NCBI GenBank assembly: GCA_964422765.1 | Contig: CAYRCI010000001.1 | Coordinates: 35,026-99,025 of the forward strand | Direction of reading: 5' to 3' | DNA: 64,000 bases | Origin: an uncultured Alphaproteobacteria bacterium | Lineage (GTDB): Bacteria > Pseudomonadota > Alphaproteobacteria > HIMB59 | Part shown: in pieces, positions 47,326-56,715 of the stretch | How the letters are laid out: each line of letters begins with the position of its first letter | Position numbering within the stretch: position 1 is the stretch's first letter | Program-made: the position numbers and the translations under genes | The notes under the pieces: generated by a model | What the model was told of the DNA's origin: nothing | Seen by the model: the letters and a program-made list of their open reading frames with translations, nothing else | Database searches by the model: none

Positions 47326-47942
47326 TTTCTAATTTCATAACCATAACGTTTATACTCTTTAAAAGTTGTAGGATGTTCTAAAATTGAGAGCTCATATTTT
47401 TTAAACTTTTCTGATTTTTCAATTTCTTTTTGAAAATGTATCTCAAACTCTTTTAACATTGAAAAAAAAGAAGGAGTTCCACAATCACACAAGCCAAGAT
47501 GTTCAGTAGCTAAGAATTTACTATTGTTTTGTAACTTAAATACTAAATCAATATTTTTTTGTATTTCTTGAAAGATATTTGAAATCATTAAGTTATCTGA
47601 TGGATGCGATGTTGCTTTGACTAGAGGAAATAATTTACGAATTGATGCAACAAGTTTTTCTTCAACCAATATAGACATAAACCTAATTTTAGCGTTAGTT
47701 TGATTGTCTTTGGATAATAGTGAGGGAGTAGGGAACTGTGCTTCTAGATATTCCACAATACTCCCTGAGTCTGCTATGGGTTGACTATCAATTATCAAGC
47801 AAGGAACTGTTCCGGTAGGAGAAAATGAGGAGTAGTTATTGATTGCTTCAATTTTATCGATTTCAATAGATTTATAATCTAAAACTACTTCAACCTTAGA
47901 GCAAGAGACACTGTGTGAATTACTGTATAATTTTAATTTCAA
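47298..47942 (-). CDS. Glutathione S-transferase-like protein
   Basis: Thioredoxin-like GST N-domain pattern (LKLYSNSHSVSCSKV...GTVPCLIIDSQPIADSGSIVEYL) plus a helical C-domain. TTG start. Confidence 0.55.
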   Translation of the reverse strand: MKLKLYSNSHSVSCSKVEVVLDYKSIEIDKIEAINNYSSFSPTGTVPCLIIDSQPIADSGSIVEYLEAQFPTPSLLSKDNQTNAKIRFMSILVEEKLVASIRKLFPLVKATSHPSDNLMISNIFQEIQKNIDLVFKLQNNSKFLATEHLGLCDCGTPSFFSMLKEFEIHFQKEIEKSEKFKKYELSILEHPTTFKEYKRYGYEIRNWISSKLLA

Positions 47943-47947
47943 CGGTG

Positions 47948-48985
47948 TTATCTAAGCCATTCATCGGTCTTGTTAATTTTTTTTAAACTTCCTTCATTCC
48001 CATGAGAAAAATGTTTAGTCATATCGGGGTAGTATTTGTAAGCAATAGGTTTTTTACCCATTGCAACTGCCATTTCTCGAACATGATGAGGATCTGCACC
48101 ACAACATATTCCGATAAAGTTAACATTTAGATCAATAGCTTGTTTAACAAATTCTGCCATTTCAAATCTATTACAGGTAAGCCCGTCGAGTGCAATATGA
48201 GAAACATTTCCGTCAATGCAATTACAACCTGGATCTTCTATGTACATAAAAGTTGGAAATTTTTCATTAGTCCTAAAGGGAACAGGTAAAGCTGCCACAT
48301 GACAGGAAACTTCATTTCTAATACTGGGTAGTAGTTTTAAAGTCATTTCAGGTCCACGATAACAATTTAGTCCAACAACATCTGCTCCATTGTCTTCTAA
48401 AATTTTACATGCTTCTGCTACTGTATGGCCTTCTCTTGTTTTGTCTCCTTTAGGAATGGCTAAATTAACTACAGCAATTAGTCCTGCATCCTTAATTTCC
48501 TTTAAAGCCAGTTTTGCTTCGCCCGTCCAGTTGATTGTCTCTGCAATTACAAAATCTACTCCTGCTTCTTTCGCCCAACCAATTTGTTCAGCAAACATTT
48601 TCTGACAATCAATGTGAGACTGCTTATTATCTGGTTCATAAATATTTGTATTAGCTACATTGCCGGCAATCATTAAATCTAATTCTGGGAATTCTGCTGC
48701 TGCATCTTTTGCGATTTTCAGAGCATTTTTTTGTAGTGGCTCTAAAAGTTCTTCTTTACCAATTAATCTTAATTTTTCTCTATGTCCATAATATGTGAAT
48801 GCTTCAACTACATCACTACCAGCTCTTATAAATTCACGATGGAGTTGAGTAACCACATCAGGATTTTCAAGAACAACCTCCGGCACGTATGCCCCCGCTT
48901 GAAGGTAGCCGCGTCTTTCCATTGCAAATAAATATCCCTCTGCACAAAGAATTGGCCCATTATTAAGTTTTTCAATTAAATTCAT
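47948..48985 (-). CDS. bhmT: Betaine--homocysteine S-methyltransferase (Hcy-binding domain protein)
   Basis: LNNGPILCAEGYLFAMERRGYLQAGAYVPEVVLENPDVVTQLHREFIRAGSDVVEAFTY closely parallels BHMT. Zinc ligands are present in GLNCYRGP and GICCGADPHHVREMA. Start placed at ATG 48985, 6 nt after the RBS AAGGAG; the ORF-track TTG is one codon upstream. Confidence 0.86.
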   Translation of the reverse strand: MNLIEKLNNGPILCAEGYLFAMERRGYLQAGAYVPEVVLENPDVVTQLHREFIRAGSDVVEAFTYYGHREKLRLIGKEELLEPLQKNALKIAKDAAAEFPELDLMIAGNVANTNIYEPDNKQSHIDCQKMFAEQIGWAKEAGVDFVIAETINWTGEAKLALKEIKDAGLIAVVNLAIPKGDKTREGHTVAEACKILEDNGADVVGLNCYRGPEMTLKLLPSIRNEVSCHVAALPVPFRTNEKFPTFMYIEDPGCNCIDGNVSHIALDGLTCNRFEMAEFVKQAIDLNVNFIGICCGADPHHVREMAVAMGKKPIAYKYYPDMTKHFSHGNEGSLKKINKTDEWLR

Positions 48986-49104
48986 CAACTACTCCTTAAA
49001 ACTAATTGGATTTTAATAGTATTTTTAAAAAAAATTCTATTTTTAATTTAATAAAATTTATAATCTTATGATAAAATTATATTTTAAGTTTAGGAGGATA
49101 AAAA

Positions 49105-50046
49105 ATGATTAAGAAACTTCTATCTACATTGATAGTTTTGTTTTTTTTGATTTTTTCAAAATCAATAAGTGCAGTTGAATCGCAAGACCCAATCAAGCTA
49201 ACACTACATGATTGGACAGGTCAGTTAATTACAACAAATATCATGGCCGAAGTTCTAAAAGAAGCTGGGTATAATGTAGAATTAATTCAAGCTGACTACA
49301 TAGCTCAGTTTGCCGGATTACAAACAGGAGATCTCCATGTTGCAATGGAGATGTGGGAAACCACTGGCAGAGATGCTATAGATGAATACACACCTGATGG
49401 AAGAGTGGTGAATGTGGGATCGACTGGGATGGATGCAATCGAAGAATGGTGGTACCCATCTTATATGAAAGAGCAATGCCCTGGTTTACCAAATTGGGAA
49501 GCACTCAATGATTGTGCAGAAGCTTTCTCTACTATGGAAACTGCGCCTAATGGAAGATACCTTGGCGGTCCTGTTACTTGGGGAGGTTTTGACGATGAGA
49601 GAGTTGAAGCACTAGGTCTTGACTGGGAAGTAGTTCATGCGGGTACGGATGCAGCTTTATTTGCTGAGTTAGAGTCTGCATATCAAAGAAAAGCTCCTAT
49701 CATGCTTTGGATCTATGCACCTCATTGGGCACCTTCAAAATTTGAAGGTGAGTTTGTAGATTTCCCAGCTTATACAGCTGAGTGTTACAACGATCCTTCT
49801 TGGGGAATTAATCCTAACGCCGCTTATGATTGTGGAAAGCCTAGAGGTCCAATATGGAAAGTAGCTTCAAGTCAATTAAAAGAAAAATGGCCAGGTGCTT
49901 ACAACGCTGTTGAAGCATTTAAAATTTCCAATGATGAAATGGGCCAAATGGTGGCTGCCGTTGATTTAGATGGTAATTCAGTAGAAGCAGTAGTTGCTGA
50001 TTGGATGAGCGCAAATAAATCTAGATGGCAATCCTGGATTAAATAA
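49105..50046 (+). CDS. proX: Glycine betaine/quaternary-amine ABC transporter substrate-binding protein (ProX/OpuAC family), paralogue 1
   Basis: Signal peptide, OpuAC-type fold length (313 aa), aromatic-rich ligand-box residues (EMWETTG, WWYPSY, CPGLPNWEA) and a strong RBS (taggagg). Confidence 0.84.
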   Translation: MIKKLLSTLIVLFFLIFSKSISAVESQDPIKLTLHDWTGQLITTNIMAEVLKEAGYNVELIQADYIAQFAGLQTGDLHVAMEMWETTGRDAIDEYTPDGRVVNVGSTGMDAIEEWWYPSYMKEQCPGLPNWEALNDCAEAFSTMETAPNGRYLGGPVTWGGFDDERVEALGLDWEVVHAGTDAALFAELESAYQRKAPIMLWIYAPHWAPSKFEGEFVDFPAYTAECYNDPSWGINPNAAYDCGKPRGPIWKVASSQLKEKWPGAYNAVEAFKISNDEMGQMVAAVDLDGNSVEAVVADWMSANKSRWQSWIK

Positions 50047-50060
50047 AATTTATATTTCCT

Positions 50061-50091
50061 GATGGGGGCAAATACAAGCCCCCATTTTTTT
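50061..50091 (+). terminator. Rho-independent terminator/attenuator between proX and proW
   Basis: GATGGGGGC-aaatacaa-GCCCCCAT stem-loop followed by a run of 7 T. It starts 15 nt after the proX stop. Confidence 0.72.
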
Positions 50092-50103
50092 GAATAAAAT
50101 ATT

Positions 50104-52086
50104 TTGAGACAAAAAAACATAAATGTTGTTGTCATTTTTTTATTTATTCTCACTTTATTAATTTCACTTTTTTCTACTGATATTTTAGAGAGTTATGGTT
50201 TTTCTTGGGCGTTGAAACTACCCAATTCTCTTAACATTCCATTTAAAGTTTATATTACCTCTGCAATCAAATGGTTAATAGACAACGCTACTTTTGGAAT
50301 TTTTACATTTAATGATCTAACAAGGGCAATTTCTTGGGTAGTAGAACAGCCCTATGACCTAATTCTGTCATTTGTAGCAAAAGGATTTTATGACGGGCAA
50401 GGCAGTCAGGCACAATTAATATTAAGTCCTATTAGCTGGGTAGCAATTGTTGGAGTAATGACTCTTATAGCTATAAAATTAAATGATACATCTTTAGCTG
50501 TACTAACTTTTTTTTCATTTATTTATTTAGCGGTATTTGATCAATGGCAAAGTTCAATGGTTACTTTGGCATCTATATTCATTGCTGTTCCTTTTGGGGT
50601 AGTTTTAGGAATTTTATTTGGTATCGCAAGTTATAAAAGCTTAACTGCTTATAAAATTATTAATCCCATTTTAAACCTAATGCAAACAATGCCTGTTTTT
50701 GCCTATTTAGTTCCCATTTTGGTTTTATTTGGATTTGGGCCAGTCTCCGCTTTAATAGCTACAATAATTTATGCACTCCCTCCGATGGTGCATACTACTT
50801 ATCTGGGTTTAAAAGGAATTAATCCCTCTACTATTGAGGCAGGAAAAATGTGTGGCTGTAATAACCAACAGCTGTTATGGAGGGTCGAAATTCCCTCGGC
50901 CTTAAGTTCAATAAAATTAGGTATCAACCAAGTAATTATGCTTTCCTTTAATATGGTAATTATTGCATCCATGATTGGTGCGGGAGGATTAGGCTATGAT
51001 GTTCTGACTTCCTTAAGGAAATTAGATATTGGAGGAGGTGTTGAAGCAGGTTTGGCAATTGTAATTTTAGCTATAGTTTTAGATAGAATGAGCTATGCGT
51101 ATATTGGTAAGCAAACCGACTATAGTAAAAAAAACCTTCATTTTTTTAGAAGACATCTTCATTTATTTATTGTTTTATTTTTAATTCTATCCACTTATTT
51201 TTTTGGAGTTTTTTTAGAGTTTTTTAAATCATACCCTGAAAGTCTCACACTAAGTACATCTGCTTTTTGGGAAAAAGCAATTAAGTTTATTAATATCAAC
51301 TACTACGATCAGCTAGAGATATTTAAATTTTATATTTTGAAATATTTTATGCTCCCCATTAAAAGCTTTTTTATCTCAATACCTTGGCCATGGTTTCTAT
51401 TTATTTTAACCCTTTTAGGCTGGTATTATGGCCGGTCTAAATTAGCCATTCTGAATTTAATTCTATTAGCTTTTATTATTGTCAACGGATTATGGCTTAA
51501 AGCTATGGTTACCATTTATCTATGTGGCGCAAGTGTGATTATAGCATGTATCATCGGCATTCCTCTTGGTATTTGGGGAGGATTGAACGATAGGGCTAAT
51601 AAGATTTTATTAAGCATTACAGACACACTTCAAACACTACCTAGTTTCGTCTATTTAATACCTGTGGTTATGCTGTTCAGAGTGGGCGACTTTACTGCAA
51701 TGTTAGCCGTGATCCTTTATTCCCTAGCCCCGGCTGTTAAATATACAATTCATGGTATTCGCAATATTAAACCCGAAGTAATTGATGCAGGTATAGCTAA
51801 CGGGTGCAACCCACGCCAATTGTTATTGAATATTAGACTGCCATTGGCACTACCAGAAATTTTATTGGGCATTAATCAAACTATAATGCTTGCTTTATCA
51901 ATGCTCGTGATTACTGCTTTAGTAGGTACAAGAGAATTAGGTCAAGAAGTTTACATTGCTTTAACCAAAGCAGATATCGGAAGAGGATTGGTAGCAGGAC
52001 TTTGTGTTGCGTTTATAGCTATCATTTCTGACAATATGATTAAATCAGCTAGTAATAAATTAAAAGTTAAGTATGGTTTTGCATAA
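50104..52086 (+). CDS. proW: Glycine betaine ABC transporter permease, fused tandem-duplicated ProW
   Basis: A 660-aa protein with two homologous permease modules. Their EAA regions are LMQTMPVFAYLVPILVLFGFGP...EAGKMCGCNNQQLLWRVEIPSAL...MIGAGGLG and LQTLPSFVYLIPVVMLFRVGD...DAGIANGCNPRQLLLNIRLPLAL...LVGTRELG. The TTG start has no obvious RBS, so the start is uncertain. Confidence 0.85.
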   Translation: MRQKNINVVVIFLFILTLLISLFSTDILESYGFSWALKLPNSLNIPFKVYITSAIKWLIDNATFGIFTFNDLTRAISWVVEQPYDLILSFVAKGFYDGQGSQAQLILSPISWVAIVGVMTLIAIKLNDTSLAVLTFFSFIYLAVFDQWQSSMVTLASIFIAVPFGVVLGILFGIASYKSLTAYKIINPILNLMQTMPVFAYLVPILVLFGFGPVSALIATIIYALPPMVHTTYLGLKGINPSTIEAGKMCGCNNQQLLWRVEIPSALSSIKLGINQVIMLSFNMVIIASMIGAGGLGYDVLTSLRKLDIGGGVEAGLAIVILAIVLDRMSYAYIGKQTDYSKKNLHFFRRHLHLFIVLFLILSTYFFGVFLEFFKSYPESLTLSTSAFWEKAIKFININYYDQLEIFKFYILKYFMLPIKSFFISIPWPWFLFILTLLGWYYGRSKLAILNLILLAFIIVNGLWLKAMVTIYLCGASVIIACIIGIPLGIWGGLNDRANKILLSITDTLQTLPSFVYLIPVVMLFRVGDFTAMLAVILYSLAPAVKYTIHGIRNIKPEVIDAGIANGCNPRQLLLNIRLPLALPEILLGINQTIMLALSMLVITALVGTRELGQEVYIALTKADIGRGLVAGLCVAFIAIISDNMIKSASNKLKVKYGFA

Positions 52087-52944
52087 ATGAATTCTATAGA
52101 AAAAATTAAATCATTATCAATATGGAAAGAAGATATAACTATCTCTCCTTTGGAGGGTGGCATTACAAATCTAAATTTTATTGTTAGCCATGGTAAGGAA
52201 AAAGTAGTTGTGCGATTAGGGCAAGATATCCCTGAGCATTTAGTTTTTAGATCTAATGAAATTAATGTAAGTAAAGCTGCTTATGAAATAGGTGTATCAC
52301 CAAAATTAATTTACAGTGAAACTGGTGTATTAGTTTTAGAGTTTATTGAGAGTAAAACGCTTGATGCTTCAGGAGTACAAAAAAACTTAAAAAAAATTAT
52401 TCCTGTTGTTAAAAAAATCCATACTGAAATTCCTAATGTCTTATCGTGTTTACCTGCTATTTTTTGGGTATTTTATGTAATTAAGTACTATGCTAACTTT
52501 TTAAAATCTAAAAAAAGCAAACATGTAGGCATCATTGACGATCTTCTTAATAAAGCTTCTAAATTAGAAAATCTTTCATCTCCTAGGCATATCGTATTTG
52601 GGCACAATGATTTTTTAGCAGCTAATTTTTTGGATGATGGTTCTAGAATTTGGGTTGTAGATTGGGAATATGGTGGCTTTAATGACCCGCTTTTTGATAT
52701 AGGTGGATTAGCATCGAATAATGATTTTAATGAGGATTTAGAAAAAGAAGCTTTAGAACTTTATTATGAAAAACCAGTAAATAGTGAGCTTTTGACGAAA
52801 TATAACGCGATGAAAACAGCTAGTTTGTTAAGAGAGACAATGTGGAGTATGGTTTCTGAACTGACTTCTAAGCTAGATTTTGACTATGGTGAATATACCC
52901 AAGAAAATTTAAATAAATTTTCCCAAGCGTATGAGGCTCTTTAA
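52087..52944 (+). CDS. Choline/ethanolamine-kinase-family phosphotransferase
   Basis: Brenner motif GHNDFLAANFL and choline-kinase motif VVDWEYGGFNDPLFDIG. Its ATG abuts the proW stop and its stop abuts the DMGDH ATG. Confidence 0.7.
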   Translation: MNSIEKIKSLSIWKEDITISPLEGGITNLNFIVSHGKEKVVVRLGQDIPEHLVFRSNEINVSKAAYEIGVSPKLIYSETGVLVLEFIESKTLDASGVQKNLKKIIPVVKKIHTEIPNVLSCLPAIFWVFYVIKYYANFLKSKKSKHVGIIDDLLNKASKLENLSSPRHIVFGHNDFLAANFLDDGSRIWVVDWEYGGFNDPLFDIGGLASNNDFNEDLEKEALELYYEKPVNSELLTKYNAMKTASLLRETMWSMVSELTSKLDFDYGEYTQENLNKFSQAYEAL

Positions 52945-55377
52945 ATGATTTCAAATTCAAAAATTATAATTGTAGGTGGAGGGATTGTAGGGTGTTCTAC
53001 CGCCTATCATTTAGCCCACCTCGGTTTAGAGGTTTGTTTAATTGAAAGTGGTAAATTAACTTCAGGAAGTACATGGCATGCAGCTGGCCTAGTTGGACAA
53101 TTAAGAACCAACGCAAACATCACCCAACTATTAGGGTATTCTGTTGATTTATATAATCGTATTGAAAAGGAGACTGGACTTAGTACGGGTTGGAAAATGA
53201 ACGGAGGCCTTCGTTTAGCATGCAACAAAGAGCGTTGGCAGGAAGTTTTAAGACAAACCACCACCGCTCATTCATTTGGATTAAAAATGGAACTACTCAC
53301 ACCTAAAGAAGCTCAAGACCTTTGGCCAATTATGGATATTGAAGATGTACACGGTGCAGCATTCCTTCCCACTGATGGACAAGCTAATCCTACTGATATT
53401 ACTCAAGCGCTTGCTAAAGGGGCAAGAAACAAAGGAGCTGTTATCTTAGAGGAAACAAAAGTTTTAAAAGTAATTTTAAATGATGGAGTTATTTCTGGTG
53501 TTGAAACAGATAAAGGAAATATTGAATGTGAAAAAATTATTTGTTGTTGTGGTCAATGGTCAAGACAGTTTGCTCAAACAGTAGGCGTTAATGTTCCTTT
53601 AGTTTCCTTCCAACATCAATACATGGTTACCGAACCAATTGAGGGTGTCTTATCTAATTTACCCACGCTACGAGATCCAGATCGTTTGATTTATTTTAAA
53701 GAAGAAGTTGGGGGTCTTGTGATGGGTGGATATGAACCTAACCCTATTTCGTGGGCCGAACAGTCTGTCCCAGAAGATTTTCATTTTTCATTATTAGACT
53801 CCAATTTTGATCATTTTGAACAAATCATGACGAATGCATTAGGTAGAGTGCCGAAATTAGAAACAGCGGGTATTAAAGAATTAATCAATGGACCAGAAAG
53901 CTTTACTCCTGATGGTAATTTTATTATTGGAGAAAGCCCTGAATTGAAAAACTTTTATGTTGGGGCAGGTTTCAATGCCTATGGTATTGCTGCAGGCGGG
54001 GGAGCTGGTATGGCTTTAGCTGAATGGGTTGCAAAGGGGCAGCCGCCTTATGATTTATGGCCTGTAGATATTAGGAGGTTTGGAAAGCCCCATCAAGATT
54101 TGGAATGGGTGAGAAAAAGAACCTATGAGGCATATGCAAAACATTACACCATGGCCTGGCCGTTTGAGGAACATTCTTCCGGTAGGCCTTTTCAACAATC
54201 ACCCATTTATGAGACTTTGAAAAAAGCAAATGCATGTTTTGGAGAAAAACTAGGATGGGAGAGGCCGAATTGGTTTGCGCCTGAATCAATGGAAGCAAAA
54301 GACCATTACACATATGATCGTCAAAATTGGTTTAATGTTGTGGGCGAAGAAGTTAAAGCTACTCGTGAAAAAGCCGTATTAATTGATCAAACATCCTTTG
54401 CTAAATTTAAAATTTCAGGTTCGCAGGCCCTAGATGCATTGGAGTATATTTGTTCCAATAAAATAAACAGAGAGATTGGATCCACTGTGTACACTCAAAT
54501 GTTGAATTCTCATGGAGGAATAGAATGTGATGTTACTATTACCCGAATTAATGAAAATGAGTTTTATCTTGTAACGGGAACTGGTTTTATGACCCATGAT
54601 TTTGATTGGATTAAAAAAAATATTAGAGATTTTCCGGATGCTAAAATTGAAAATATTACTTATCAAAACTCTGTCTTTTCTTTAATGGGTCCTAACTCTC
54701 GAATGATTTTACAAAAAGTTTCTACAGCAGATGTATCAAATGAACATTTTCCATTTGCAACATCTCAAATCATTAACATTGGTGAAAAAAAAGTTAATGC
54801 CATCCGAATTACATACATGGGAGAGTTAGGATGGGAGCTACATTTTCCAATTGAAGATGCTCAATACATATATGATGAAATTTTTTCTGTGGGAAAAGAA
54901 TTTGGTCTTATTAATGCTGGTTATCGATGCATCGAAGCTTGTAGGCTTGAAAAAGGATACCGTGCTTGGGGATCTGATATAGGTCCAGACCACACACCGC
55001 TCGAAGCAGGCCTAGGTTGGGCAACTAAAATTAATAGTAATCAAGATTTTATTGGTAAAACAGCTTTACAAGAGCAAAAGAAAAAAGGATTAAAGAAGAT
55101 TTTCGCTGCCTTCACAGTTGATGACCCTAGCCAAATCTTATTAGGCAGGGAGACAATATATAGAAACGGCAAGCAGGTAGGCTGGCTTTCAAGTGGCGGA
55201 TACGGATACACTTTAAAACAATCAATTGGATATGGTTATATTCGAAGTACAGAACCAATTGATAATAAGTACGTTTTAGAGGGCGATTATGAGCTTGAAA
55301 TAGCAACAAAAAAAATACCCTGTAAGGTTCATTTAAAATCTTTATATGATCCTGAGATGACAAAAATTAAATCTTAA
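52945..55377 (+). CDS. Dimethylglycine/sarcosine dehydrogenase family protein (FAD oxidase domain plus GcvT-type folate-binding domain)
   Basis: N-terminal FAD motif IIIVGGGIVGCSTAYHLA with the GSTWHAAG flavinylation-type motif. The C-terminal aminomethyltransferase fold carries (TYMGELGWELHFP, GYRCIEACRLEKGYRAWG). 810 aa. Confidence 0.88.
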   Translation: MISNSKIIIVGGGIVGCSTAYHLAHLGLEVCLIESGKLTSGSTWHAAGLVGQLRTNANITQLLGYSVDLYNRIEKETGLSTGWKMNGGLRLACNKERWQEVLRQTTTAHSFGLKMELLTPKEAQDLWPIMDIEDVHGAAFLPTDGQANPTDITQALAKGARNKGAVILEETKVLKVILNDGVISGVETDKGNIECEKIICCCGQWSRQFAQTVGVNVPLVSFQHQYMVTEPIEGVLSNLPTLRDPDRLIYFKEEVGGLVMGGYEPNPISWAEQSVPEDFHFSLLDSNFDHFEQIMTNALGRVPKLETAGIKELINGPESFTPDGNFIIGESPELKNFYVGAGFNAYGIAAGGGAGMALAEWVAKGQPPYDLWPVDIRRFGKPHQDLEWVRKRTYEAYAKHYTMAWPFEEHSSGRPFQQSPIYETLKKANACFGEKLGWERPNWFAPESMEAKDHYTYDRQNWFNVVGEEVKATREKAVLIDQTSFAKFKISGSQALDALEYICSNKINREIGSTVYTQMLNSHGGIECDVTITRINENEFYLVTGTGFMTHDFDWIKKNIRDFPDAKIENITYQNSVFSLMGPNSRMILQKVSTADVSNEHFPFATSQIINIGEKKVNAIRITYMGELGWELHFPIEDAQYIYDEIFSVGKEFGLINAGYRCIEACRLEKGYRAWGSDIGPDHTPLEAGLGWATKINSNQDFIGKTALQEQKKKGLKKIFAAFTVDDPSQILLGRETIYRNGKQVGWLSSGGYGYTLKQSIGYGYIRSTEPIDNKYVLEGDYELEIATKKIPCKVHLKSLYDPEMTKIKS

Positions 55378-55918
55378 GTTTTAATATCTCAAGCAACGCC
55401 AATCTGGTAACTACATTTTGATATTTATTATCTTTAAGTAATTTAAAAATTTGATTGTATTGAATAGGTACTATTTCAATAGACTCTTTTTGATCTTGAT
55501 TAAAAATTTGAAAATTTGAAATTTTAGGAACCGAGGCAATATACAGATGTGTTATTTCATCGAGACAATCTGGTGCTACATGCAAAGAACATAGCTTTTT
55601 AATTGATAGAGCTTTTACACCTATTTCTTCTTTTATTTCTCTAATAATTGCTTGTCTAGGATTTTCATTTTTATCTATTCCTCCTGCTACTATCTCTAAA
55701 GGATAACCTTTGTTTTTATTAAAAAAATAATTTGGACGAAATTGCTTTATAAAATAAAAAATTTTTTCTTTCGGAAAATAGCAAATTGCAGAGACGCTAT
55801 GTCCATTAAATTGAAAATGTTCTTTAATTTGAAATTTTTTGCCTTTTTGAGATATTGTAAATTCTAAATTTGAAAATTTTTTTGTAATATTCTTTTTTCT
55901 AAATTTGATAATTTTCAT
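55367..55918 (-). CDS. NUDIX hydrolase
   Basis: Nudix box GGIDKNENPRQAIIREIKEEIGV. Overlaps the DMGDH 3' end by 11 nt (convergent). Confidence 0.8.
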   Translation of the reverse strand: MKIIKFRKKNITKKFSNLEFTISQKGKKFQIKEHFQFNGHSVSAICYFPKEKIFYFIKQFRPNYFFNKNKGYPLEIVAGGIDKNENPRQAIIREIKEEIGVKALSIKKLCSLHVAPDCLDEITHLYIASVPKISNFQIFNQDQKESIEIVPIQYNQIFKLLKDNKYQNVVTRLALLEILKLKI

Positions 55919-55964
55919 CGAAATAACTTTCTTGTTAAACTAATTTAATCTATATTCGTTTTTT

Positions 55965-56714
55965 ATGAAAGTTCTAGTAGCAGTCAAAAGAGTGGTTGAT
56001 TACAAGGTACAAATTAGAGTTAAAAGTGATCAATCGGGTGTTGAAACTCAAAACGTTAAAATGTCAGTAAATCCTCCGGATGAAAATGCTATTGAAGAGG
56101 CTATTAAATTAAAAGAACAAGGGATTGCCTCAGAGACTATCGCGGTTTCCATTGGCGATGATAAATCACAAGATGTTTTAAGAACTGCTATGGCAATGGG
56201 ACTTGATCGTTCAATTTTGGCTAAAACAGATCAATTATTAGAACCATTAGCCGTAGCTAAGGTATTAAAATCTATCGTTGAAAAAGAAAAACCAGATTTA
56301 GTTTTACTTGGAAAGCAGGCAATCGATGATGATGCTAATCAAACAGGACAAATACTTTCTGCATTATTGAATTGGCCTCAAGGTTGCTTTATCTCAAAAC
56401 TAAAAATTGAAAATAAACTTCTTACTATTGCAAGAGAAATTGATGAAGGTATAGAAAATTTAGAAATTAACCTACCTGCAATTTTAACATGTGATTTAAG
56501 ATTGAATACGCCTCGATTTGCGTCTCTCCCCAATATCATGAAGGCAAAGAAAAAACCTTTGGATATTGTAGATGTTGGGGAATTGGGAATTGATATCACA
56601 CCCAAAATTAAAACATTAAAAGTTACTGAGCCCGTTAGTCGAAAAGCGGGAATGATGGTTAGCGATGTTAAAGAATTAATTCAAAAATTAAAATATGAGG
56701 CAAAAGTTATTTAA
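55965..56714 (+). CDS. etfB: Electron transfer flavoprotein beta subunit
   Basis: MKVLVAVKRVVDY, VNPPDENAIEEA and LVLLGKQAIDDDANQTGQ motifs. Confidence 0.95.
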   Translation: MKVLVAVKRVVDYKVQIRVKSDQSGVETQNVKMSVNPPDENAIEEAIKLKEQGIASETIAVSIGDDKSQDVLRTAMAMGLDRSILAKTDQLLEPLAVAKVLKSIVEKEKPDLVLLGKQAIDDDANQTGQILSALLNWPQGCFISKLKIENKLLTIAREIDEGIENLEINLPAILTCDLRLNTPRFASLPNIMKAKKKPLDIVDVGELGIDITPKIKTLKVTEPVSRKAGMMVSDVKELIQKLKYEAKVI

Positions 56715-56715
56715 A

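Noticed and set aside
48986-49104. Possible SAM-type riboswitch (SAM-V/SAM-II-like) in the bhmT 5' region on the minus strand, as reported for Pelagibacter methionine-cycle genes.
   Set aside because: The reverse complement of this spacer is almost pure A/T, with no G/C-rich pseudoknot stems or any conserved block I can recognise. Only an AAGGAG RBS is evident.
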